Origin: a virus
DNA: 64,000 nt
IMG/VR virus record: IMGVR_UViG_3300035698_009252
Span: 64,001-128,000 of that record
Direction: 5' to 3' (one strand)
The translations under genes and the position numbers were made by a program. The notes under the pieces were generated by a model. It had not been told where the DNA came from, made no database searches, and saw only the letters and a list, made by a program, of their open reading frames with translations. Numbering within the stretch: position 1 is the stretch's first letter; each line of letters starts with the position of its first letter. Positions 19,669 to 27,159 of the stretch are shown piece after piece.

Positions 19669-19937
19669 GAATCTACCTCTTTTATCGCCTTGCGGACATC
19701 ACTGTCGGCCTTCGTCACGGCCCGAGTCAGCTTGCCCATTGCGGTGTTGATTTTCCGGGTGTACTCGGGAGGTTCCTTGAAGGTGTAAGAGTCCTCGGAG
19801 AACCAAAGAGCACCGACATCCTCCGCAAGTTGTTGAAGTGTCTCAACAGCCTGTCTCCGCTCATCCCACGGGTTACGGGCAGCCGTCAACTCCCTCGCCA
19901 CAGATACCAACTCTTTTGCCACGAATTCGTCGTTCAT
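19665..19937 (-). CDS. Leader-tagged protein (MNDEFVAKELVSVARELTA)
   Basis: Shared leader. Confidence 0.8.
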   Translation of the reverse strand: MNDEFVAKELVSVARELTAARNPWDERRQAVETLQQLAEDVGALWFSEDSYTFKEPPEYTRKINTAMGKLTRAVTKADSDVRKAIKEVDS

Positions 19938-20326
19938 CGAAATCTCCTCGCCACTTTGAGAAGTGTATCTTTTATCCACTTTGCCGCATAAGCAGCAATT
20001 TCATTCCTTCGGTGTGGCTCCACATATCGGAAGGTTTCCCTTGCCTGTTCTCTACCACCCGGCACCTTTTTCGTCGAGAAAATGACCTGCCACTCCCCTG
20101 AATCAGACACTCTGTCACCGAAATCAGTCTGGGCAACATCATCGTCGAACCAGATATGGGCATAGAGAGGAATGTCCAGCCCCGACACATTGAACTCAAT
20201 GGAGACGTGCTTGCCGGGCCGGATTTTCAAAAGGGCCGGAGCCATGCTCCCGGCCTTTCGAGGACGAGATACAGACAAGTCCTTGGCCACTGCTATCAGC
20301 TCGCGTGCAATCTTCTGTTCGTTCAT
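19934..20326 (-). CDS. Leader-tagged protein (MNEQKIARELIAVAKDLS)
   Basis: Shared leader. Confidence 0.8.
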   Translation of the reverse strand: MNEQKIARELIAVAKDLSVSRPRKAGSMAPALLKIRPGKHVSIEFNVSGLDIPLYAHIWFDDDVAQTDFGDRVSDSGEWQVIFSTKKVPGGREQARETFRYVEPHRRNEIAAYAAKWIKDTLLKVARRFR

Positions 20327-20333
20327 AATTCCT

Positions 20334-20747
20334 CTATCTTATCGCGCTCTCCAACATGTCGATTATATCCTGGTCGTAATCGTTCCGGCTTGACTCAACA
20401 TCCTTCGGATTCCTCGACATCTTGCGCACGGAATCCCGAAATTCACTGTAATCCGTATCCTCTCCGATTGAGTTTGCGATGTGCCTTCCATCCCTCCAAT
20501 CTCCATACAGAACGATGTCTATATCCTCATACCCCTTGGAGCGGAGCGCATCTACCCACGCTTTAATAAGGTCATCCCGGTTGTCATGGGACAGCATATC
20601 GCGACTGCCCCAAAACCCCATACCACCAGACATTTTCTTGCCTAGTTTGAAAATTTCCCGGTATGACAGTTTTCTCGCAACCCGGCTTCCAGCCATCAAC
20701 TCCCGTGCCAGGGCTGCCAGTTCTTTCGCCAAATCATCCGACTTCAT
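20334..20747 (-). CDS. Leader-tagged protein (MKSDDLAKELAALARELMA)
   Basis: The leader defines the start. Confidence 0.75.
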   Translation of the reverse strand: MKSDDLAKELAALARELMAGSRVARKLSYREIFKLGKKMSGGMGFWGSRDMLSHDNRDDLIKAWVDALRSKGYEDIDIVLYGDWRDGRHIANSIGEDTDYSEFRDSVRKMSRNPKDVESSRNDYDQDIIDMLESAIR

Positions 20748-20748
20748 T

Positions 20749-21189
20749 TTACCAATCTCCCGGTTTCTCAAGGTCGTACTTGTCGGCAAGCCACTCGGTG
20801 AACTCTTTGGGGCTCTCGCCACTATCATACCCCGTACGGAACTGGCTTTCAGAGAAAATGTCATTCCTGGCCAGCATGTAATCCTTCTGCATGATGGCAA
20901 TCACTTTGTCTTGCCACTCCCGGTACGACATGCCCTGCTTCTTGGCCACATCCAGCATCGGAGAATAGACATAAGCTGCCACGCCGAGTTCGGCAATTAC
21001 CCGCTCCGTCCTCAAGAGCTTACTCTTAAAGGCACGAGCTTCGTCCTGCAAACCCGCCTTGTTCAAATCACCAACGAGTTTGGAACAGGCTTGAACGAGA
21101 TTCCGGCTGGCTTGCTCCACCTCACGGCCACGGTCGTTTTTACCCGCCACACGGCTTGCGATTCTCGAAAAACGGTCTTCTTTGTTCAT
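20749..21189 (-). CDS. Short-leader protein (MNKEDRFSRIASRVAG)
   Basis: RIAxRVA variant. Confidence 0.75.
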   Translation of the reverse strand: MNKEDRFSRIASRVAGKNDRGREVEQASRNLVQACSKLVGDLNKAGLQDEARAFKSKLLRTERVIAELGVAAYVYSPMLDVAKKQGMSYREWQDKVIAIMQKDYMLARNDIFSESQFRTGYDSGESPKEFTEWLADKYDLEKPGDW

Positions 21190-21199
21190 CGGGTTCACC

Positions 21200-21829
21200 T
21201 CAATCCACTGCACAATATTGATGATACGGTATTCCAGCCTTGGACATCGAATTCAGAACTTCCCCGAATGTTGCTCGCTTTATCCAGCTCTCGTTGTCCG
21301 TTGCCCAACGATAGAACATCTTGATTGACGTCTTTTTCGCGCCACGAACTGTCGGGATGCAGGTCGGCTCGTTGAACTTGTCATCCTTGTCACGGACCGA
21401 GAACGTATCAAAATTGGCTTCGATGGAGACGTGCTTGCCATCTATCTTGATGGGGGCAAACCCACCAGGCGGAACATCTACACCCCGGAGAACGCGCTCG
21501 TCTGTATTGGCGCTGTTGTAACTTGACGCCTCGTTGATAGCCTCGACGCCCTTCTCCATGATTTTGACGGCCTGCGCGTAATTCCGGGCGCGAGCCAAGT
21601 CATCCATCATGTCCTCGACTTCGGCCTTAGCGTCGTCGGCATAATCCAGGTCGTAAGCGGAGAACTGGTTGCACCTCTTACCACGCTTGCCCGCATTGGT
21701 CAAGTCAGTCACCTGGACTGACGAGCGGTACCGATGGATACGGATGGAGCCCTGCTCGACAGTCTTGCCGACACTTAGGCCACCAAGAAGGCTCTTTGCG
21801 ATTTTCAGGAGTACCCGAGCTTCGTCCAT
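21200..21829 (-). CDS. Leader-tagged protein (MDEARVLLKIAKSLLG), cargo with TDLTNAGKRGK
   Basis: Leader variant. Confidence 0.75.
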   Translation of the reverse strand: MDEARVLLKIAKSLLGGLSVGKTVEQGSIRIHRYRSSVQVTDLTNAGKRGKRCNQFSAYDLDYADDAKAEVEDMMDDLARARNYAQAVKIMEKGVEAINEASSYNSANTDERVLRGVDVPPGGFAPIKIDGKHVSIEANFDTFSVRDKDDKFNEPTCIPTVRGAKKTSIKMFYRWATDNESWIKRATFGEVLNSMSKAGIPYHQYCAVD

Positions 21830-22200
21830 TAGATGTAGCCCCTCTGTCCAGGCTCTTCGTTCTTGATATAGTCGGCTTTGCCCTTAATGGCCTCAACCAA
21901 CTTCATCACCTTTTCCTCGTCACCCTCGATGCCGATGTAGCTGGCGTAATCCGGCTCGGGGCTACGTTTGCCGTTGTAGTACTCACCGGAGATGGGGTCA
22001 TTCGCGGTAACGACTAGGATGCCTGGACCCTTCCAGACCCATCCCTTGCTCGTCTTCCGGGGCCTTGTACTCACGCCGACACTCTTGAGAGCCTGAATCC
22101 ACTTGGATGCCCGGATTTCGGTCAAGTCAAACCCGTGCTCATACGCTGTAAGCTTCCGGGCCACCCGTATCAGTTCTCTCGCGATTTTCTGCGTTGTCAT
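21829..22200 (-). CDS. Leader-tagged protein (MTTQKIARELIRVARKLTA)
   Basis: Shared leader. Confidence 0.8.
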   Translation of the reverse strand: MTTQKIARELIRVARKLTAYEHGFDLTEIRASKWIQALKSVGVSTRPRKTSKGWVWKGPGILVVTANDPISGEYYNGKRSPEPDYASYIGIEGDEEKVMKLVEAIKGKADYIKNEEPGQRGYI

Positions 22201-22204
22201 ACTC

Positions 22205-23179
22205 TTAGCCCCTTGTCATCTTGATACGTTCGTACCCCTTGCGTTCCTTCGTCCGCAGGTGTTTTTCACAAGCGGCAATCGCCTTGGTCAAACTGCTTAC
22301 GGGACCACCGAAATACTTCGCGGTCAAATCGTAGGCCCGCTCGATGATACCGATACGGCCCGAGCAATTCCAGCCAACGTAGACCTCTTCTCCCATGTCG
22401 TTTTCGACCGAGTACACGACATAATAATGGTATTTGTTGGCATTGGCCCTCGGGTCAACAATGACCAGGTAGGACGACCACCTTCGGTCCAAGTCTCGTG
22501 GTCTTGCAGACACACCGCCGTACTCAGCAAGCGTGGCCACAACCTTTATACGCATCTTCTTGGAGAGCGCCGGTGCATAACTCGTCAGGGACTGCTTGAC
22601 TTCCTTATTGCGCATTCTTATGTCCACGTCGCGCCGGATGGGCTCCCAGTCAGCCTTTTTGACCTTCTTCTTGCACTTGACACAATAGCCAGTCTGCTCC
22701 AGGACCTTCGTGCCACAGTCCGGGCACTTGAAAGTTTCAGCCGCCTTTTTGACCTTTTTCTTGCACTTGACACAGAAACCAGTCTGCTCCAGGACCTTCG
22801 TTCCGCAGTCCGGGCACTTGAAAGTTTCAGCAGCCTTCTTGTCCTTCTTTTCCTTGTCCTTCAGGAAATCGGGCTTGGGCTCATTCTCCTTGCCATCATT
22901 GTCCTTATCCTTGTCCTTCCACTGCTTCTTGAAGGCTTCGGGGACCTCACCTTTCCCAGACACCAATGCCTCGGCGATGGCAACCAGACGTTCGGAGACG
23001 GAGGACTTCTTGTCCTTCTTTTCCTTGTCTTTCAGGAAGTCAGGCTTCGGCTCATTCTCTTTGCCGTCGTTGTCCTTATCCTTGTCTTTCCACTGCTTCT
23101 TGAAAGCCTCGGGGACTTCACCCTTACCTGCCAGCAACCTTGCCACCGCTATCAGCTCTTTCGCTATACGTCTATTCAT
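22205..23179 (-). CDS. Leader-tagged protein with duplicated leader/acidic module, two zinc ribbons and a C-terminal WGR-like domain
   Basis: CPDC...CVKC occurs twice. NANKYHYY...SGRIG...KERKGY resembles WGR. Confidence 0.7.
   Translation of the reverse strand: MNRRIAKELIAVARLLAGKGEVPEAFKKQWKDKDKDNDGKENEPKPDFLKDKEKKDKKSSVSERLVAIAEALVSGKGEVPEAFKKQWKDKDKDNDGKENEPKPDFLKDKEKKDKKAAETFKCPDCGTKVLEQTGFCVKCKKKVKKAAETFKCPDCGTKVLEQTGYCVKCKKKVKKADWEPIRRDVDIRMRNKEVKQSLTSYAPALSKKMRIKVVATLAEYGGVSARPRDLDRRWSSYLVIVDPRANANKYHYYVVYSVENDMGEEVYVGWNCSGRIGIIERAYDLTAKYFGGPVSSLTKAIAACEKHLRTKERKGYERIKMTRG
22661..22840. repeat. 90-nt tandem duplication (zinc ribbon)
   Basis: Two near-identical 90-nt units. Confidence 0.9.
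22841..23179. repeat. ~171-nt-period duplication (leader + GKGEVPEAFKKQW...KDKK)
   Basis: The peptide block is repeated identically with synonymous DNA changes. Confidence 0.85.
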
Positions 23180-23472
23180 GTCAATTCTCCTATGGCACGC
23201 TCTAGCGCCTTTTGCGTTTTCTCCAAATTATCTACTTCGCGAGTCAGTTTTGACAACTTTTGCAGGGCCTTCCGGTCAAGTGTCGCATCCACGGCGTTGT
23301 TTATACGGGACCGGAGTGAGTGAACCATCAACTTCAATGGCTCGGTATCCTCTTGAGCCCATTGCATATAGCGAGCGACATCCATCACCTTGACCCCTGT
23401 CAATTCCTTCTTACCGGAGATAAGTTCCTTGGCTATGGCCACCAGTCTGCGTGCTACACGTTCTCTATTCAC
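23176..23472 (-). CDS. Leader-tagged protein (MNRERVARRLVAIAKELIS)
   Basis: Shared leader. Confidence 0.8.
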   Translation of the reverse strand: MNRERVARRLVAIAKELISGKKELTGVKVMDVARYMQWAQEDTEPLKLMVHSLRSRINNAVDATLDRKALQKLSKLTREVDNLEKTQKALERAIGELT

Positions 23473-23484
23473 GTCAATTCTCCG

Positions 23485-23889
23485 TTACAGCATTCTCTTT
23501 ATTGCTCTCTCAAGTCTACCCACGTCCATTACCCTTTTCAGCTTGACGGAAACCAGGAACGGGTATCCTTGTTCCCTCGGGCGGAGCGCCCGAATCCTCC
23601 CGCTATTCGCAAATATGGACAATCCCGCCTTCCCCAAGACATCTCCCAGTCTGGCAAAAACACGTTCGGCCTCCTTCTCTACCTCTCCCTGCATGTCTAA
23701 CGTGTCGATGGCATCCAGGTCCTCTCCCCGCAAGTAATCCCCCTCGGGGGTGACAATCGTTCTCAGGGCAATAGAATCCTCCGATACCGACACCAGCTCA
23801 AAACTGGGCCACTCTGGCTCGGATGCCGCGACATTCCGCCCAACCAGTTCACGCGCTACAGCAGCCAGTTCCTGTGCTATTTTATCCAT
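23485..23889 (-). CDS. Leader-tagged protein (MDKIAQELAAVARELVG)
   Basis: Shared leader. Confidence 0.8.
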   Translation of the reverse strand: MDKIAQELAAVARELVGRNVAASEPEWPSFELVSVSEDSIALRTIVTPEGDYLRGEDLDAIDTLDMQGEVEKEAERVFARLGDVLGKAGLSIFANSGRIRALRPREQGYPFLVSVKLKRVMDVGRLERAIKRML

Positions 23890-24573
23890 TTACCGGCCTT
23901 TACTGATTTCAAATCGGTCATTTGCTTTGAACCAAATACGTCCAAGCTGTGAGCCATTCGTCCCGCCAGTCACATGTTCCCAATTCAAATCGACCAGGCC
24001 CCCTATGATACCGTCCTTCAAGATTCTCTCGGTGAAGACCACACTCAGGGTCAGCTTTTTGATGGTCATGCCCATAATACCGACGTCATCCTCCAGCCCG
24101 GTCTCCTCGAAGTAGAGATAGCCACGCTGACGCTTGGGTGCCCCCAATGAGGGCTTGTGTCCGAAAGCACTACGGATGGCCGCTTCCACTTTTCCCTTTG
24201 AAGCCATAAGCGTTTTTACGCGATCTTCCACGGCGGCGTCCTCTATCGCAGACCCACCCACCAAATTCTTGGCCAATCCCACCAATTCCTGAGCCATCTT
24301 GTTATCTTTCATGTTCAATCTCCGAGGGCTTGAAGCCCTTCTCATCGCTTTTTCAACCACCTTTGTCATAATCTTCTCCTGCTCTCGAAGGGGAAGCGAT
24401 TCAAAATCTGTGGGTACATCCGTACGCCTTGTCTTATTGTACAGCTCGCCATACCCAAGGGCCTTGAAAGCCTTATCGATATCCATATGTTTCTCATGGA
24501 ATCGGCTCATAACGTCAACAGCGATATCCTCGGCGCTATCCTCATAGTCTTGCTTCGAGCCACGGGCGTTCAT
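23890..24573 (-). CDS. Two-domain protein with an internal leader (MKDNKMAQELVGLAKNLVG at 24312)
   Basis: Internal leader follows an RRASSPRR linker. Confidence 0.7.
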   Translation of the reverse strand: MNARGSKQDYEDSAEDIAVDVMSRFHEKHMDIDKAFKALGYGELYNKTRRTDVPTDFESLPLREQEKIMTKVVEKAMRRASSPRRLNMKDNKMAQELVGLAKNLVGGSAIEDAAVEDRVKTLMASKGKVEAAIRSAFGHKPSLGAPKRQRGYLYFEETGLEDDVGIMGMTIKKLTLSVVFTERILKDGIIGGLVDLNWEHVTGGTNGSQLGRIWFKANDRFEISKGR

Positions 24574-25613
24574 TTCAACTCCACCATTACGGTAATCCAA
24601 CTCTTCTCCCCATCCCCATAGTTTATGCGGACAATGGCCTGCCGGTATGGAGCAAGTAGCGGCTCAAGTATCTTTTTGAAGTTGTCAGTCTCCCTTTCGA
24701 CCATATCCCGGTACGTGCTATACCCAACATCGCTTTCTCCCTCTTTCGGCAAATCGGACCGATAGGAACCTTTAATACGGGTATTGCCACTGGAAATCTT
24801 CGCGTCATCCTTCATCCAGGGACTCTTCCTGGAAATGGCCGTATCGATGGCGTTGCTAACGCCCTTCGCTATTTTCTCCCTATTCGCAATGGCATCCGTC
24901 TCGCCCTTCAATCCACTCCACCCCTTCAGGGCCTCCAACATCTTCTGAGCCGCTTGTTTAGGGGACATTGACGTTGGTGTGCCATAGCTGCCAAACACTA
25001 CCCCAGGCCCCTCTGCCGATGTGGTATTTTCGGTAAGCGTAATTTCACGCTTCATCCCATCCGAATTTCTTCCATCAACGCGCAAGATGACCTGGTACAT
25101 CACCCCGGATGGATAGTCCTTCTTCTGCCACGGAATCACTTCCAGGGCCTTCGGGTCTTCCAGTTTCGAGCGAATAATGCGAACGACGGACTGGGAGAAT
25201 TTCTTAAGGGCCGGAGGAATGGCCTTTTTGGAAAGGGTTTGGACCACCTTCTGGGCCTGGCCGATTTGCCTGGTAAACCGCTTTATCATCACGTCGGCAT
25301 CTTTAACAGCCCGCTGTACGGTCTTGTCTTCGGGGAAGTTCGTCAGGATTTGCTGCACTTCCTTCTGCACCCGGTAAGCCGATTGAATGCCATCCTGGGC
25401 CTTCTTGAGCACGACAAACTGGCCATCCACCTCCGGGTCGAGACCTGCCTGGAAGTGCATGGAAAATGTCCCGATGGTGTCGTCGATATTGTCGGCCAAC
25501 TCATCAAGAGTACCCAAAGTGCGTAGAAGCCCCTTCAGGAGCCCTTTAGAGGCATCTGCTTCAAGCCGCCGGGCAATATTTGACATGCGTACTGGAAAGG
25601 CAATTTTCTTCAT
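24570..25613 (-). CDS. Hypothetical protein with short leader (RMSNIARRLEA)
   Basis: 347 aa ORF. Confidence 0.7.
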   Translation of the reverse strand: MKKIAFPVRMSNIARRLEADASKGLLKGLLRTLGTLDELADNIDDTIGTFSMHFQAGLDPEVDGQFVVLKKAQDGIQSAYRVQKEVQQILTNFPEDKTVQRAVKDADVMIKRFTRQIGQAQKVVQTLSKKAIPPALKKFSQSVVRIIRSKLEDPKALEVIPWQKKDYPSGVMYQVILRVDGRNSDGMKREITLTENTTSAEGPGVVFGSYGTPTSMSPKQAAQKMLEALKGWSGLKGETDAIANREKIAKGVSNAIDTAISRKSPWMKDDAKISSGNTRIKGSYRSDLPKEGESDVGYSTYRDMVERETDNFKKILEPLLAPYRQAIVRINYGDGEKSWITVMVELK

Positions 25614-25616
25614 TTT

Positions 25617-25862
25617 TTACTCGTTTGTCAGAGCCGGGAACACGTCGTAATCGTTCTGCAAAGACTTTACCGCTTCCCCAACCTTATCCGCCGGGATTTC
25701 CCCGGTGACCCTCTGGCCCCTCACTTTCAAGCGGGCTGACGGGAAGTCCGCAGAAAATGCTTCGGCCTCATCCTGCCCAACGAAGTACAGCTCGACTTCA
25801 ACATTCTGGGATGCAGTCGTCATCCGTTCTGCAATCCTCTGTAACCTGGTATTGTCGCTCAT
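25617..25862 (-). CDS. Short-leader protein (MSDNTRLQRIAERMTTA)
   Basis: Leader variant. Confidence 0.7.
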   Translation of the reverse strand: MSDNTRLQRIAERMTTASQNVEVELYFVGQDEAEAFSADFPSARLKVRGQRVTGEIPADKVGEAVKSLQNDYDVFPALTNE

Positions 25863-26485
25863 CTCGCGTTCCTTCCTTGAGTGGTAATACGAATGCCTTG
25901 GGCCATGATTTTGACCAAGCCCTTCTCTGCCAGGCTCTCGATAATGGGGTTGTCTTTGCCGTACTCGCCGAGCCGGTGCCGCAGGAACTCTTGCGCCCGG
26001 TAACTGCTCTTGATGCCTCCAACAATACCCAGAGCCGCCTTCTCGTCCGGGGTGAGGATAACATCGTCATCCGGCTCCGGCATTAACTTGTCGACATCTC
26101 CCGGTCGCACGTAGATACGAAGGAAATTGCCCCGGCCACCAGCTTCCCCGGCAATAACCACGGAACCATTCGGCACATTAAAGGATTCCTCCCGGTCGAG
26201 AGCCCGGTCCTCAAAGGGATTTGAGCCACCCCACGAGCCTTGCTGAGCGTCACTGATGCGACCAGTACTCAAGTCAACCGTCACGGACAGGGCTCTATTC
26301 CCCTCAAATGCCGTCGAAACGGAATACTTTGAGTCGTAGATGACCTCGATGTCCCGTCTGCCGTACCTGAGCCGTTTTAAGGCCCTTTGAACGGCATCAG
26401 GGAGGTCCCTAACGGCTACATGTATTCCACCCATGGCCTTAAGAGAGATTTTCCCTGCAATATGGACAATTCTACGTTCGTCCAC
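25859..26485 (-). CDS. Short-leader protein (MDERRIVHIAGKI), cargo with SWGGSNPF and a C-terminal wHTH-like segment
   Basis: Leader variant. Confidence 0.7.
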   Translation of the reverse strand: MDERRIVHIAGKISLKAMGGIHVAVRDLPDAVQRALKRLRYGRRDIEVIYDSKYSVSTAFEGNRALSVTVDLSTGRISDAQQGSWGGSNPFEDRALDREESFNVPNGSVVIAGEAGGRGNFLRIYVRPGDVDKLMPEPDDDVILTPDEKAALGIVGGIKSSYRAQEFLRHRLGEYGKDNPIIESLAEKGLVKIMAQGIRITTQGRNAR

Positions 26486-26496
26486 GGCAGCCCCCT

Positions 26497-26748
26497 TTAC
26501 GCCTCGGCCAATACCTGCTCCAGGGCACCCACCAGGTCTTCAACCGTGGAGTTCGGGCGAATCACGCCAATGCCGAACTGGTTCAGCTTCCGGCGCTTCT
26601 TCTGGCTCAGTTTGTTGAGTTTCGTCCGAAGGTTACGGATACGCCCCGCAAATGCCTCGTCCACTTCCTCGCCGTCATCGGCTGCTGTCAACTCGCGAGC
26701 CAGTGAAAGGAGCCTCTTCGCCGCCTGAATTCTCTTCGTGTTGGTCAT
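26497..26748 (-). CDS. Leader-tagged protein (RIQAAKRLLSLARELTAA)
   Basis: Shared leader, SD GGAGG. Confidence 0.75.
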   Translation of the reverse strand: MTNTKRIQAAKRLLSLARELTAADDGEEVDEAFAGRIRNLRTKLNKLSQKKRRKLNQFGIGVIRPNSTVEDLVGALEQVLAEA

Positions 26749-26791
26749 GCTATCCTCCGGCTGTTTTCAGCCATTTCTTGTTCGTGACGGC

Positions 26792-27031
26792 TTACGCCTT
26801 GCCTTGCTGTTCCTCGACAATGGCACCAGGCCGGTCGTCCGGGGGCATAATCACCCCGGCATTATTCCGAATCGTCGAACCGGCATTCGCAGTCTTCTGC
26901 GTTGCGGTTTGAAGCCCCTTCGCAACAACACGAGTTTTGGCGTTGTCAAAGACGGGAGCACCGCCCTCAAACTGCGCCTCTTCGCGCTTGCTTTGAGCTA
27001 CATCTGTTGGGTTCGCCCTGTACGTTGGCAT
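26792..27031 (-). CDS. Small hypothetical protein
   Basis: SD GAGGAGG. First gene after the promoter motif at 27067. Confidence 0.65.
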   Translation of the reverse strand: MPTYRANPTDVAQSKREEAQFEGGAPVFDNAKTRVVAKGLQTATQKTANAGSTIRNNAGVIMPPDDRPGAIVEEQQGKA

Positions 27032-27066
27032 ACCTTCCTCCTCTGTGTAAACGATGTGAGTTCCTA

Positions 27067-27089
27067 CCTATACTCCCAATATCAAAGAA
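27067..27089 (-). promoter_or_regulatory. Bipartite promoter-like motif heading the leader-gene array
   Basis: TTCTTTGATA-ttgggagt-ATAGG, just after a terminator. Confidence 0.65.
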
Positions 27090-27109
27090 TTATCATAACA
27101 GAAATGCAC

Positions 27110-27144
27110 AAAAAAAGGCCGCAGGGCTTTACACCCTACGGCCT
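27110..27144 (-). terminator. Intrinsic terminator of the TROVE gene
   Basis: AGGCCGTAGGG/CCCTGCGGCCT hairpin plus T-run. Confidence 0.8.
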
Positions 27145-27159
27145 CTCCTTCGCGTTGTT

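Noticed and set aside
15138-20747. CRISPR-like or integron cassette array suggested by the recurring leader DNA
   Set aside because: The repeats are degenerate at synonymous positions and in frame at gene starts, so they are protein-level. No attC-like palindromes or integrase were seen.
8205-26748. Leader as a Sec/Tat signal or RiPP leader peptide
   Set aside because: Charged amphipathic helix with no hydrophobic core, cargoes are folded domains, and no modifying enzymes or transporter are nearby.
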